A stretch of DNA of 64,000 nt, from sequence record PQ826431.1; one strand, given 5' to 3'. The stretch's first letter is position 1. Each line of letters starts with the position of its first letter. Below the pieces are notes generated by a model. It did not search any database, had not been told where the DNA came from, and saw only the letters and a program-made list of their open reading frames with translations. Shown here one piece after another: positions 42,626-51,427 of the stretch. The position numbers and the translations under genes were made by a program. This stretch comes from a phage.

Positions 42626-43999
42626 ATGGCAACTTTTCGTGAAAAGGTAGCAACCGTAACTTTACTGTATGGTGCTACATCAATTCGTGAAACCCAGTTC
42701 GATATTCCCCTGATCCTTACAGGTCAGAACGTAACTGGCGAAGCGATTCAATATTACTCTTCTTCCGATGCACTTTTGGAAGCAGGTTATGGATTAAATG
42801 ATCCAGCGTATATTATGGCAGTCAAACTGTTTAACGGTTTGTTCCCACCAGATCAAGTCATGGTTGGTAAGCGTGAAGTTACAAACTTTACTCTAACTCC
42901 AATCGTAGAAGATAGTGCAACTTACACAATTACCATCAAAAATGGTACCAAGAAAAAAGAATTTAAATTCATTGCTGATGACACTGCAACTGCACAAGAG
43001 ATTGTAGTTGGTCTGACTGAAATGATCAATGCAGATCTTGTTTATGGCCCACTGTTTACAGTAGCTAACAACGGCGCTGCAATGACTTTCACTCCAGTAG
43101 AAGGTAAGTTTGGTTCTATTGACAGCACAGGTTTCACTCAAGAAACTGTCTATGCTAATGCTATTACGGAAGATATTGCTGCTCTGCATGATATTGATAG
43201 TAGCTGGTTCTGGACCCTTTCAGATTCCCATGAAACAGAAGATGTTCTAGCTTTGGCTGCATGGGTAGAAGAGAATGATAAAGTTTACTTCTTCTCTAGC
43301 TCTGAACCTGGAATTAAAACGAAAGCAGAAGATAACGTTCTGGAACGACTGAATGACCTCGGTTATAATAACACTTGCTTTGCTTTGTGGATGACCGATG
43401 CAGATTCTGTATTCCCAGAAGCAGCAGTTGTTGGTGCAATCTGTTCTCGTCAGCCTGGTTTAACTACTCTTCACGGTAAAACACTGGTAGGTGTAGAGAT
43501 CGAGAAACTGGATCAGACTTCGGAAAACAATATTGTTCAACAGAACGGTAACATCTATCGTAAAGAGCATGGAACTCTGTTCTATCGTGATGGATTGATG
43601 GTTAGCGGTTTCTTTGTTGACTATGTTGTTCATGCTTTGTGGTTTAAAGCTCGCACAGAAGAATCACTGTTTACACTGTTTAAACAACAGTCTATGCTGG
43701 GTGGTGGTGTTCGTGCTACTTCAAACGGTCTGGCTTTGATTCGACAAGCTGTTCTGGCTAACCCGATCCAAGTAGGTATCCTCAACGGTTCCATCGCTAA
43801 TGAAGTTGTTACTTCTGAAGAGACTGGTTTGCGTGTCGATCTGAAACCTATTGTTTATATTCCTTCTCGTGCTGATATGACTGATGCGCAAATCAATGCT
43901 CGTCTGGTCGATGGGATGAAGATTGAATATGTTTACGCTGGCTTCTTCCATTACGTTAAAGTTCAGGTCAACGTCCTGACTAACCGTACTGCAAACTAA
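42626..43999 (+). CDS. tail sheath protein (putative)
   Basis: 457 aa ORF immediately followed by a 159 aa ORF, chaperone pair and tape measure, i.e. sheath-tube-chaperone-TMP order of contractile tails; no motif-level proof. Confidence 0.5.
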   Translation: MATFREKVATVTLLYGATSIRETQFDIPLILTGQNVTGEAIQYYSSSDALLEAGYGLNDPAYIMAVKLFNGLFPPDQVMVGKREVTNFTLTPIVEDSATYTITIKNGTKKKEFKFIADDTATAQEIVVGLTEMINADLVYGPLFTVANNGAAMTFTPVEGKFGSIDSTGFTQETVYANAITEDIAALHDIDSSWFWTLSDSHETEDVLALAAWVEENDKVYFFSSSEPGIKTKAEDNVLERLNDLGYNNTCFALWMTDADSVFPEAAVVGAICSRQPGLTTLHGKTLVGVEIEKLDQTSENNIVQQNGNIYRKEHGTLFYRDGLMVSGFFVDYVVHALWFKARTEESLFTLFKQQSMLGGGVRATSNGLALIRQAVLANPIQVGILNGSIANEVVTSEETGLRVDLKPIVYIPSRADMTDAQINARLVDGMKIEYVYAGFFHYVKVQVNVLTNRTAN

Positions 44000-44045
44000 T
44001 ACGGCGGGGGTTAAGCCCCCGTTATCAAAATAAAGAGGATCTATA

Positions 44046-44525
44046 ATGGATAAAATGCTTACTGGCGTAATGGCCTACGACCCATCTCAAGTTATCCTTT
44101 CATTAGGTGGTTGGGAACCGTGGGGTTTTGCGGCTGATACTAAAATCGTTATTGCTAAATCTAACGATATTATCAACCCTTATTCAGGGACTGATGGTGA
44201 CGTTTCACTAGCTTTGAGTCGTAACCGTTTGGGAACACTCACAATGTCTTTGCAACGCACATCTCCAGCTAATGAAGTACTTGCAACATATGCACAAACA
44301 ATGTATTCTACTCGTCAAGTAGCATTCAGCGTTTACTTGGAAGACCCACGTGGCTATTACATTAGCACGATTGGATGGATTCAAAGTCAGCCTGAAGATA
44401 CTATTGGCGAAATGATTACAGAGAACCAATGGGTTATTGGTCTTAAAGATGCAAGCCTTCTGCGTAATGAAGTTGGTGTAGGTTTGAGCACCCTTAACTC
44501 AATCTCTGCTCTGACAATTCAATAA
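44046..44525 (+). CDS. tail tube protein (putative)
   Basis: 159 aa, position; followed by terminator-like hairpin. Confidence 0.5.
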   Translation: MDKMLTGVMAYDPSQVILSLGGWEPWGFAADTKIVIAKSNDIINPYSGTDGDVSLALSRNRLGTLTMSLQRTSPANEVLATYAQTMYSTRQVAFSVYLEDPRGYYISTIGWIQSQPEDTIGEMITENQWVIGLKDASLLRNEVGVGLSTLNSISALTIQ

Positions 44526-44531
44526 TAAATA

Positions 44532-44555
44532 AAGGGCAGAAATGCCCTTTTTATC
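44532..44555 (+). terminator. rho-independent terminator/attenuator after tube gene
   Basis: AAGGGCA-GAAA-TGCCCTT hairpin followed by TTTTAT. Confidence 0.6.
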
Positions 44556-44570
44556 ATTAGAGAGGAAAAT

Positions 44571-45053
44571 ATGTCACAAGAACAAGATAACACAATTCAA
44601 AAATATGCTCGACCAGAAGAAGTAGTTGAGATTCCGTTAGATGGAAACAGATCTGTTACTTTCCGTATTATGAAGTGGAGTCCATCTAAAGTGTTTGACA
44701 GGATTCCAGAATTGGGTAGTGTTCTGGTTGTTCCTATGACTATGTACAGCACAGCAACAATGTCCGCAGACGAAGACCTTGAGTCACGTATTGCTATGGC
44801 ACTGATCCAACTTTTTGCAGGTTTGGAAGAAAAGAATTTAACTGTCTTTTTGCGTAAAATTTTAGATGAGGTTTATACTCAAGACGGTTATAACGTTGCA
44901 GAAAATTTTGACGAATTATTTATGGCTCACCCAGAACTAGTGTTAGATCTTACTGCTAAAGTTCTGGAGGTAAACTACGGCCCTTTTTTCAAACGAGGTT
45001 TCGGAAAACTGTTCACACAGCTTCAGGCGATGACGAGTTTAGCAGCAAATTAA
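44571..45053 (+). CDS. tail assembly chaperone (G-like), zero-frame product
   Basis: 160 aa between tube and tape measure; contains slippery U_UUU_UUC near its 3' end. Confidence 0.55.
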   Translation: MSQEQDNTIQKYARPEEVVEIPLDGNRSVTFRIMKWSPSKVFDRIPELGSVLVVPMTMYSTATMSADEDLESRIAMALIQLFAGLEEKNLTVFLRKILDEVYTQDGYNVAENFDELFMAHPELVLDLTAKVLEVNYGPFFKRGFGKLFTQLQAMTSLAAN

Positions 45054-45319
45054 CACCTGCGATTGAACATGCTATCGACACAGCAACGAAAACCCTTACT
45101 TTGAAGTGGTATGAGGTTATTCTTTGCAAAGTCGTTAAAGATACCTCGGAAACACTGAAAACATTGGATAACTACGGTGTAGATTATCTTTTAAAACTAT
45201 ATGAGTATTTAACATACGAAGAGTATGTTGAAGCCATGTATGTTAAAGACACTTCAATAAAGAGAAAACATCAAAACCAGACAAATAAAATGTCAGATTT
45301 GTTTAAGAAACTTGTTTAA
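44984..45319 (+). other. predicted -1 programmed frameshift site (T_TTT_TTC at 44984-44990) and -1 frame extension giving a GT-like chaperone fusion
   Basis: The -1 frame is open from the heptamer through the 45101..45319 ORF (which has only a TTG start in the track). Confidence 0.5.
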
Positions 45320-45339
45320 TCCAACACGAGGAACATACT

Positions 45340-47328
45340 TTGTTAGAAATTAACGCCTCCAAAATTAGTAACGTGGTTACGTTTAAGGTGGACAAGAACA
45401 GTCTCAAGGAAGCAAAAGATGCCGTGTTGAGTGTTCAGAAGTTTGCAAATAAAATGCAACCCACTATGAACATGACCAAGTTTAGACAACAAATGAAAGA
45501 GATTGAGCGTGAACTTAAGAAAGCTCAAACTCAAAGTCAAAAACCTATGCGAGCACCTACTCCCGCTGGAGCGGGTGCTCCTGTAGGTGGATCTGGCAGA
45601 CCAAGAACTCCTAAAACCCCGCAAGGAAGAGAAGAAGAAAAAGCTCGTAAAGCGGCTGAACGCGAAGCTAAAGCAGCAGCACGTAGGGAAGACTTAGGTA
45701 ATCTTCGTTTGCAAAACTTTAACTACCGAGCAAAAGCATTTAGTAAAGCCAGCCCTGGCGCTATACAAGAAGCTAGAGACGTTATGGGTAAAGCTGTAGA
45801 GCAATACAAAAAGGGTGAAATAACTCTTCAACGTATGAACCAAGCTCTTGCTCACCAGTTAGATGCCTTACGCAGATCTCATCGTGAAAAGAATGCTGAA
45901 ATAGAAGACGAGGTTCGCGGTCGTCGCCGTATTCGTAGAGAGCTAGAAGCAGAAGCTAAAATGCGTATACGTATGCGAAATCGTGAACTTAGAGATATAG
46001 AACGCAACCGTAAGCGTGAATTAGCTCAACAAAAACGTGATCGTGATCGTCGATATGGACAATTAAAAGAAGGTGCAGCAGGTCTTAATCCACGTATGAT
46101 TGCATCCTCTTTGATAGGTGCTGGGCTGTTTGCAGGTGGTTCTGTAGTTGGTAACACGTTGATGAATACTAACGAAAGAATTAAACTTGTAAGTCGTGGC
46201 GCTGAAAACGTTCAGACAAACGCCAACGCTATTTTGGCAATGACAGCTTGGGGTGAACAGAACGGTGTAGACTCTGCAAATATTATTAAATCAATAGATA
46301 ATATTAAAGACGTTCGTGAACGTCTTGGTAATACAGTTTTAGCCTCAAAATGGAATGAGAAAGAAGGGAAGTGGAAAGGCGGTGATAATGGCATAAATGA
46401 CATTATGAACTTGTTTGGATGGAATCCAGAACAGCTTAAACCTTTACAGAACGACCCTTTAGCTTTTATTCAGGCTACTGTTAATGAAGGTGAGCGTCGA
46501 GGTATGAACTCTGCTCAAATCGGGCGACTTCTTGAAAACCTTGGTGACGACCTTATGCACTACCAGCGCATGTTTAGTAAAAACGGCGAAGGGTATAATG
46601 AGGTATTGAAAATGCTTCAAAGAACAGGTGCAACATTAACTCAAGAACAAATAGATGCTTCTAAAGAGTTTACTCGTTTTGCTGCAACAGTTCAGCTTGT
46701 AGGTCAAGGTATGCAGAACCATTTCTTAGAGGGTTTTGTGAAAGCCTTACCTAAAGATGATTCTTGGTTGGATAACGTTAAAGTGCTAGATCAGTTTGCC
46801 AAAGATTTAGGTGAAGAACTTGGTAAAACAACAGTTCAACTTGGTGGTTTTGCTAAAGAATTGGGAGATGGTTTCGGATCTTTTACCAATTGGCTTAAAG
46901 AAACATTCCCAGATACCTTCGGAGACAACACAGATCCTAATAAATCTATGGCACAAAAAGCATACGAGGCAACGCAAAGTGGAGACAGTAACCCTGTAGC
47001 AGATTGGTTGTACAATTTAACAGGTATTGATACACAAGATATTGGTCGTATGTGGAGAGGAGAACAAACAAGGACACGTGCTTTTGGATTTGGTAATCCT
47101 CTTGAAGATTTACGTGAATCAGCCTATACACCTAACGTAAGTTTGGCTCGTAATCAACCTGTTGTTGAGAATACGGTAGCAATACCAAGTGATCTTATCA
47201 AAGTTACGATCAGTCCTTCTTCCGAGTTTGGAAATATTCTTGATGCAAGAATTCAAAATAGCGGAAATAGCATTTTCCAACGTTTGTCTCTTTCAACTCT
47301 AAGTGGACAATCTAGCACTGGTGGTTAA
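45340..47328 (+). CDS. tail tape measure protein
   Basis: 662 aa, N-terminal charged coiled-coil region, Gly-rich and TM-like central segment, position after chaperone pair; TTG start. Confidence 0.65.
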   Translation: MLEINASKISNVVTFKVDKNSLKEAKDAVLSVQKFANKMQPTMNMTKFRQQMKEIERELKKAQTQSQKPMRAPTPAGAGAPVGGSGRPRTPKTPQGREEEKARKAAEREAKAAARREDLGNLRLQNFNYRAKAFSKASPGAIQEARDVMGKAVEQYKKGEITLQRMNQALAHQLDALRRSHREKNAEIEDEVRGRRRIRRELEAEAKMRIRMRNRELRDIERNRKRELAQQKRDRDRRYGQLKEGAAGLNPRMIASSLIGAGLFAGGSVVGNTLMNTNERIKLVSRGAENVQTNANAILAMTAWGEQNGVDSANIIKSIDNIKDVRERLGNTVLASKWNEKEGKWKGGDNGINDIMNLFGWNPEQLKPLQNDPLAFIQATVNEGERRGMNSAQIGRLLENLGDDLMHYQRMFSKNGEGYNEVLKMLQRTGATLTQEQIDASKEFTRFAATVQLVGQGMQNHFLEGFVKALPKDDSWLDNVKVLDQFAKDLGEELGKTTVQLGGFAKELGDGFGSFTNWLKETFPDTFGDNTDPNKSMAQKAYEATQSGDSNPVADWLYNLTGIDTQDIGRMWRGEQTRTRAFGFGNPLEDLRESAYTPNVSLARNQPVVENTVAIPSDLIKVTISPSSEFGNILDARIQNSGNSIFQRLSLSTLSGQSSTGG

Positions 47329-47335
47329 TAAAATA

Positions 47336-47358
47336 CCTCGCTTCGGCGGGGTTTTTTC
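47336..47358 (+). terminator. rho-independent terminator after tape measure gene
   Basis: CCTCGC-TTCG-GCGGGG hairpin followed by TTTTTT. Confidence 0.7.
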
Positions 47359-47365
47359 GTTTCCC

Positions 47366-47395
47366 TTGACACGAAGTTTCTATATGTGTTACAAT
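47366..47395 (+). promoter_or_regulatory. sigma70-like promoter (TTGACA-N18-TACAAT)
   Basis: Immediately after terminator, upstream of baseplate genes. Confidence 0.45.
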
Positions 47396-47454
47396 AATCA
47401 ATATGGGAAGATCTTGCATCTTCCTTTTGGCATTATCATTACTACGAGGTTATC

Positions 47455-48156
47455 ATGGCAGCAATGACTCCACAACAGTCGGTGAGAGCCGTCTATAAGG
47501 CAGAACAGGAAATCAACTCTACCGAGAATAAAAATACCTCGGCATCTACTGTAAAGGGTGATAATGGTTTCTGCATTTTAGCAAGTGTTTATAATAGTTC
47601 AAGTGATCAATACATTCAAAACTTTAAAGCAATTACTTTCGATTCAGTCCCTGAAGTAGGTGTAACTCGTGAGGCAGATGTTACAAGTTTTCCAGTAGAA
47701 TCGGGATCGGATGTAAGCGACCACGTTCAAATAAAAAACAACAGATTTAAACTTTCAGGTATAATTACCGAAACACCAATTCGGCTCATGCGAGATCAAT
47801 TATACAGTGCAGGTGTAAATGGGGCAAGGATTTCTCAAGCAATAGAATATCTAGATCAAATATTTGAGTCAAGACAACCAATAGTTCTTTTGACAGAACA
47901 CAGAACTTTTGAAAATGTTATTCTCAAAGGTTATTCGTATGATTATAAATCTGAATTTGCTATGCAATTTGATTTAGAGTTTGAACAAATCCGTCTCGTT
48001 TCTAAGGCCACTACTAACGCTATTGCTGTAAAAACAGCACCAAATAAGTCAACTGGTGGTGATGTGAAAGGTCAAGTTGCTTCTAATGGTCCTAAGTCAG
48101 ATATTACAGTAAGAACTGCTGAAGCTACTAATACCCCAACAAACAATGGAGGTTAA
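47455..48156 (+). CDS. tail/baseplate assembly protein (putative)
   Basis: 233 aa, first gene after tape measure. Confidence 0.4.
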   Translation: MAAMTPQQSVRAVYKAEQEINSTENKNTSASTVKGDNGFCILASVYNSSSDQYIQNFKAITFDSVPEVGVTREADVTSFPVESGSDVSDHVQIKNNRFKLSGIITETPIRLMRDQLYSAGVNGARISQAIEYLDQIFESRQPIVLLTEHRTFENVILKGYSYDYKSEFAMQFDLEFEQIRLVSKATTNAIAVKTAPNKSTGGDVKGQVASNGPKSDITVRTAEATNTPTNNGG

Positions 48157-48158
48157 TA

Positions 48159-48572
48159 GTGACAACTTATTCTAAAACAACAAGGTCTACAAGTAATACT
48201 GGCTACAGTGCAGTTTATCTGGAGGACCATTCTACTTATTTTGCATGGTATCTGAAAACTGAAGAGTACCCTGATCAAACATATACAGTTACATTGGATG
48301 GAGTTGATTATGACATTCGTTTAAGGTGGAACACTAGGGACGAATCTTGGCAATGTCAAATGGGATTATCTGGAGATGATCCGAGTATAAGTTTCAAAGT
48401 TACAAATGGTTTAGATCTTCTTAAACCTTATAAATATCTTGAAAGTGTACCAGATGGTCAATTGTATATAGTAGATACAGTTAAGATTAATGGTCGTCCT
48501 GGGTATACAACTACAGGTCGAGATAAACGTTTTGTATTGGTTTATATTGATAACAAACCTAATCAGGCGTAA
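48159..48572 (+). CDS. tail protein (putative)
   Basis: 137 aa, position. Confidence 0.4.
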   Translation: MTTYSKTTRSTSNTGYSAVYLEDHSTYFAWYLKTEEYPDQTYTVTLDGVDYDIRLRWNTRDESWQCQMGLSGDDPSISFKVTNGLDLLKPYKYLESVPDGQLYIVDTVKINGRPGYTTTGRDKRFVLVYIDNKPNQA

Positions 48573-48581
48573 GGAGATAAT

Positions 48582-49592
48582 ATGGCAGAAAGAGAGTATA
48601 CAAAAGCTCCTGCCCCTAATTTAAACAGGGCATACAAATTATTAATTGGTTCTGCCACAAACACAATACAGAAGAGAACTAAGAACTCGGCATTTAAATC
48701 TACAGTAGATTTGGATACCAAGTTAGGGACAACAGAAAAATCCTCTTCTAATTTGTATTTGTTGCAAGACCATCAAATAACCTTCAGTATTAAGAAAGAT
48801 AATAACAAAGATCCTAACCAAGCAGAGATTGTAGTTTATAACCTTTCAGATGATACTGTTAACTATATAAACCGTGGTATCCGAAATAACTTGGCTGTTG
48901 CTTTAGCGGTAGGATACGAAGGTGAAGAGTTGGTTATGATCTTCAAAGGAACTATCCAGTGGGTTAGTGATACTTTTGACTCGGTAGACAGGAAAACCAC
49001 TTTACACTGTTTGGATGGTGGTATTAACATTGCAGAAGCAAGAACAAGCCGCAGCTATCCAAAAGGAACTAAAATCAAACGTGTTGTGACAGATTTGGTA
49101 AAGGATTTAGGGACTACAGAAGGTAATATACATGTAGACAATGACCAAACACTGTCTTCAGCAACAGCTATGTGTGGAAACACTTCACATTACCTAGAAC
49201 ATATTTGTAAGAGTATTGATCACAATGTGTCAATACAAGACGGATCTGTTTATGTTACTCCACGTTCCCAAATGTCTAGTGCACGTAGCGCCTACATTAG
49301 TCCTGAAACTGGTTTAATAGGAAGCCCAGAACCATTCCACAATGATATTAAACCTACTAAAAAAGTTACCAAATCCTCTAAGAAGGCAAAGAAACCTACA
49401 GATGGTGTTAAATTCAAATGCCAAATGAATGGTGCAATATTACCAGAAAAAACAATCTGGTTAAAAAGCCGAGATTATGATGGTCCATTTAAAGTAGTTT
49501 CTGTTTCTCACAACGGAGATAAAGAAGGTAAAGAGTGGGTTACTGAAGTGGAGTGTGTATCCGTGTCTGAAATAATGACTAAGGAGAAATAA
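48582..49592 (+). CDS. baseplate hub-like protein (putative)
   Basis: 336 aa, position. Confidence 0.4.
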   Translation: MAEREYTKAPAPNLNRAYKLLIGSATNTIQKRTKNSAFKSTVDLDTKLGTTEKSSSNLYLLQDHQITFSIKKDNNKDPNQAEIVVYNLSDDTVNYINRGIRNNLAVALAVGYEGEELVMIFKGTIQWVSDTFDSVDRKTTLHCLDGGINIAEARTSRSYPKGTKIKRVVTDLVKDLGTTEGNIHVDNDQTLSSATAMCGNTSHYLEHICKSIDHNVSIQDGSVYVTPRSQMSSARSAYISPETGLIGSPEPFHNDIKPTKKVTKSSKKAKKPTDGVKFKCQMNGAILPEKTIWLKSRDYDGPFKVVSVSHNGDKEGKEWVTEVECVSVSEIMTKEK

Positions 49593-50326
49593 TGGATGCA
49601 TTGAATTTTGTCACAGCAATGCGTGGCTTAATGACAGAACAATTAGCAGAAGTCCATACAGCCTTGCCAGTCCGTGTGACTGGCGTTAATTATGGTGCTA
49701 AGACTGTCACCTTAGAATCTATTGTTAAAAACACACGATCTAGTGAAGATGAAATAGATTATCCTACTTTTGAAGATGTTCCTTTCATGGTTAATGGTGG
49801 TGGGACAGGAAGAATCTCATTCCCTATTAAATCAGGAGATTTAGGGACCGTTATATTTTCTGAACGAGATCCTTCTAATGCACTGCAAACTAGTGGGGAA
49901 ACTTCTTCATCATCCACTTTTATGCAGCCTTGTGGATTATACCCTATTTGTTTTATTCCCAAAATAGCTACAGGAACAGATTCAACAGAAGCTGTAGATT
50001 CTGAAAAGGTAGTTATTTCTAATAACAAAAACACGTACGCTTCTTTCGACCCTACAGGTAATATTTCAATATGGAATAGTCAAGGGATGAAAATAGACAT
50101 TACTACCTCCGGTATTACTATTACAGATGGCACAGGGACTTTGGATCTAAAAGGTGGTAATTTAACTTTCAAAGGCGGCGTAGCAGATATTAATGGTCTT
50201 AAAATAGATCAGAACGGTTTGATGACAGATGGTAATGGCATCGGATTCCATACTCACACGCACACGGTTCGTAACATTCAGAGCGGTAGCTCAAGTGCCG
50301 AGTCCTTAAAACCAACAGGAGCCTAA
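49592..50326 (+). CDS. baseplate central spike-like protein (putative)
   Basis: 244 aa with Gly/Thr-rich beta-rich C-terminal region ('KIDITTSGITITDGTGTLDLKGGNLTFKGG'); position. Confidence 0.4.
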   Translation: MDALNFVTAMRGLMTEQLAEVHTALPVRVTGVNYGAKTVTLESIVKNTRSSEDEIDYPTFEDVPFMVNGGGTGRISFPIKSGDLGTVIFSERDPSNALQTSGETSSSSTFMQPCGLYPICFIPKIATGTDSTEAVDSEKVVISNNKNTYASFDPTGNISIWNSQGMKIDITTSGITITDGTGTLDLKGGNLTFKGGVADINGLKIDQNGLMTDGNGIGFHTHTHTVRNIQSGSSSAESLKPTGA

Positions 50327-50327
50327 C

Positions 50328-50954
50328 ATGGGAATCCCTTTTGACTTAAAACTTGGACCAAACAACGACCTCATCATGGATGATGGGGATTTGGTCCTCA
50401 CCACAACCAGAACAGAAATTGCAGCACAAACTCTTGGGATAACTCTGAACACGTATCGTGGGGAGTGGTTTTTAAATACTAACTTCGGTGTTCCTTACTT
50501 ACAAGAGATTATTGGTGTTGCTAGAAAGAAAGATATTGTAGACAGAATATTTTTAGCAGAGATTGCCAAAAACGTTTACATAGATACAATAAACAGTTAT
50601 AAATCTGCTTATGATATGGATCAACGTTATTACTCAATGACAGTTATGGTCACAGTTGGAGCAGATACAGTAACATCTATATTCAATACTCAACCTTCTG
50701 AAGAGTTTATTTACCCTGAAGCTGGTGAAGACAATGCAGCGATCATTTGTGAAGCTTACAGTATTGTTGAGAATTCGAATAGACTTTATCGCTTTATCAA
50801 CTTTGTTGGTTTGCCACGTGATACCTACTCTACTTGGTGGAATGAATGGTCTACAGAGTCAGCAGTGGAAAGAATCATGGTTAACGAAAAAGGTGATGCA
50901 TTAGCTACAAACAATGACTTCGGTATAACAGCTATGACAGGAGTAGAAGAGTAA
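50328..50954 (+). CDS. baseplate protein (putative)
   Basis: 208 aa, position. Confidence 0.4.
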   Translation: MGIPFDLKLGPNNDLIMDDGDLVLTTTRTEIAAQTLGITLNTYRGEWFLNTNFGVPYLQEIIGVARKKDIVDRIFLAEIAKNVYIDTINSYKSAYDMDQRYYSMTVMVTVGADTVTSIFNTQPSEEFIYPEAGEDNAAIICEAYSIVENSNRLYRFINFVGLPRDTYSTWWNEWSTESAVERIMVNEKGDALATNNDFGITAMTGVEE

Positions 50955-51427
50955 TGGCAGATTTAACTACGATCAAAATTTCTGATCTTACACAAACAAC
51001 CTCTGTGTCTGATACAGATTTCTTTGTAACAGATCAGGCTGGAATAACAAAGAAAACTTCTTTGAAAGTGCTGTTGAGTGGTGCAGGGGTAACTAGAAAC
51101 CGTCTGAATGCACGGGGAACAGTAACTAGCACCTTGGCATTAGATATTAGTTCAGCAGAATATTTTTCAGCAACTTTATCTTCTGCAACGTGCACAATTA
51201 GTTTTACTAATATTCCAGTAGCAACAAATGCAGTTTTAAACTTTACTTTAGCTTTGCGTCAAGGAAGTGGTGCAAATAAAGTCGTATGGCCTTCTTCTGT
51301 AAAATGGAGTTTTGGTCGCCCCCCAGTTTTGAGTTATCGTCAAGGTGCAACAGACACTTTTGAGTTTATCAGTTATGATAATGGAGCAACTTGGACAGGT
51401 AGCTTAGTTTTAGCAGGAGTTATTTAA
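50954..51427 (+). CDS. baseplate/tail protein (putative)
   Basis: 157 aa, overlapping start/stop. Confidence 0.4.
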   Translation: MADLTTIKISDLTQTTSVSDTDFFVTDQAGITKKTSLKVLLSGAGVTRNRLNARGTVTSTLALDISSAEYFSATLSSATCTISFTNIPVATNAVLNFTLALRQGSGANKVVWPSSVKWSFGRPPVLSYRQGATDTFEFISYDNGATWTGSLVLAGVI

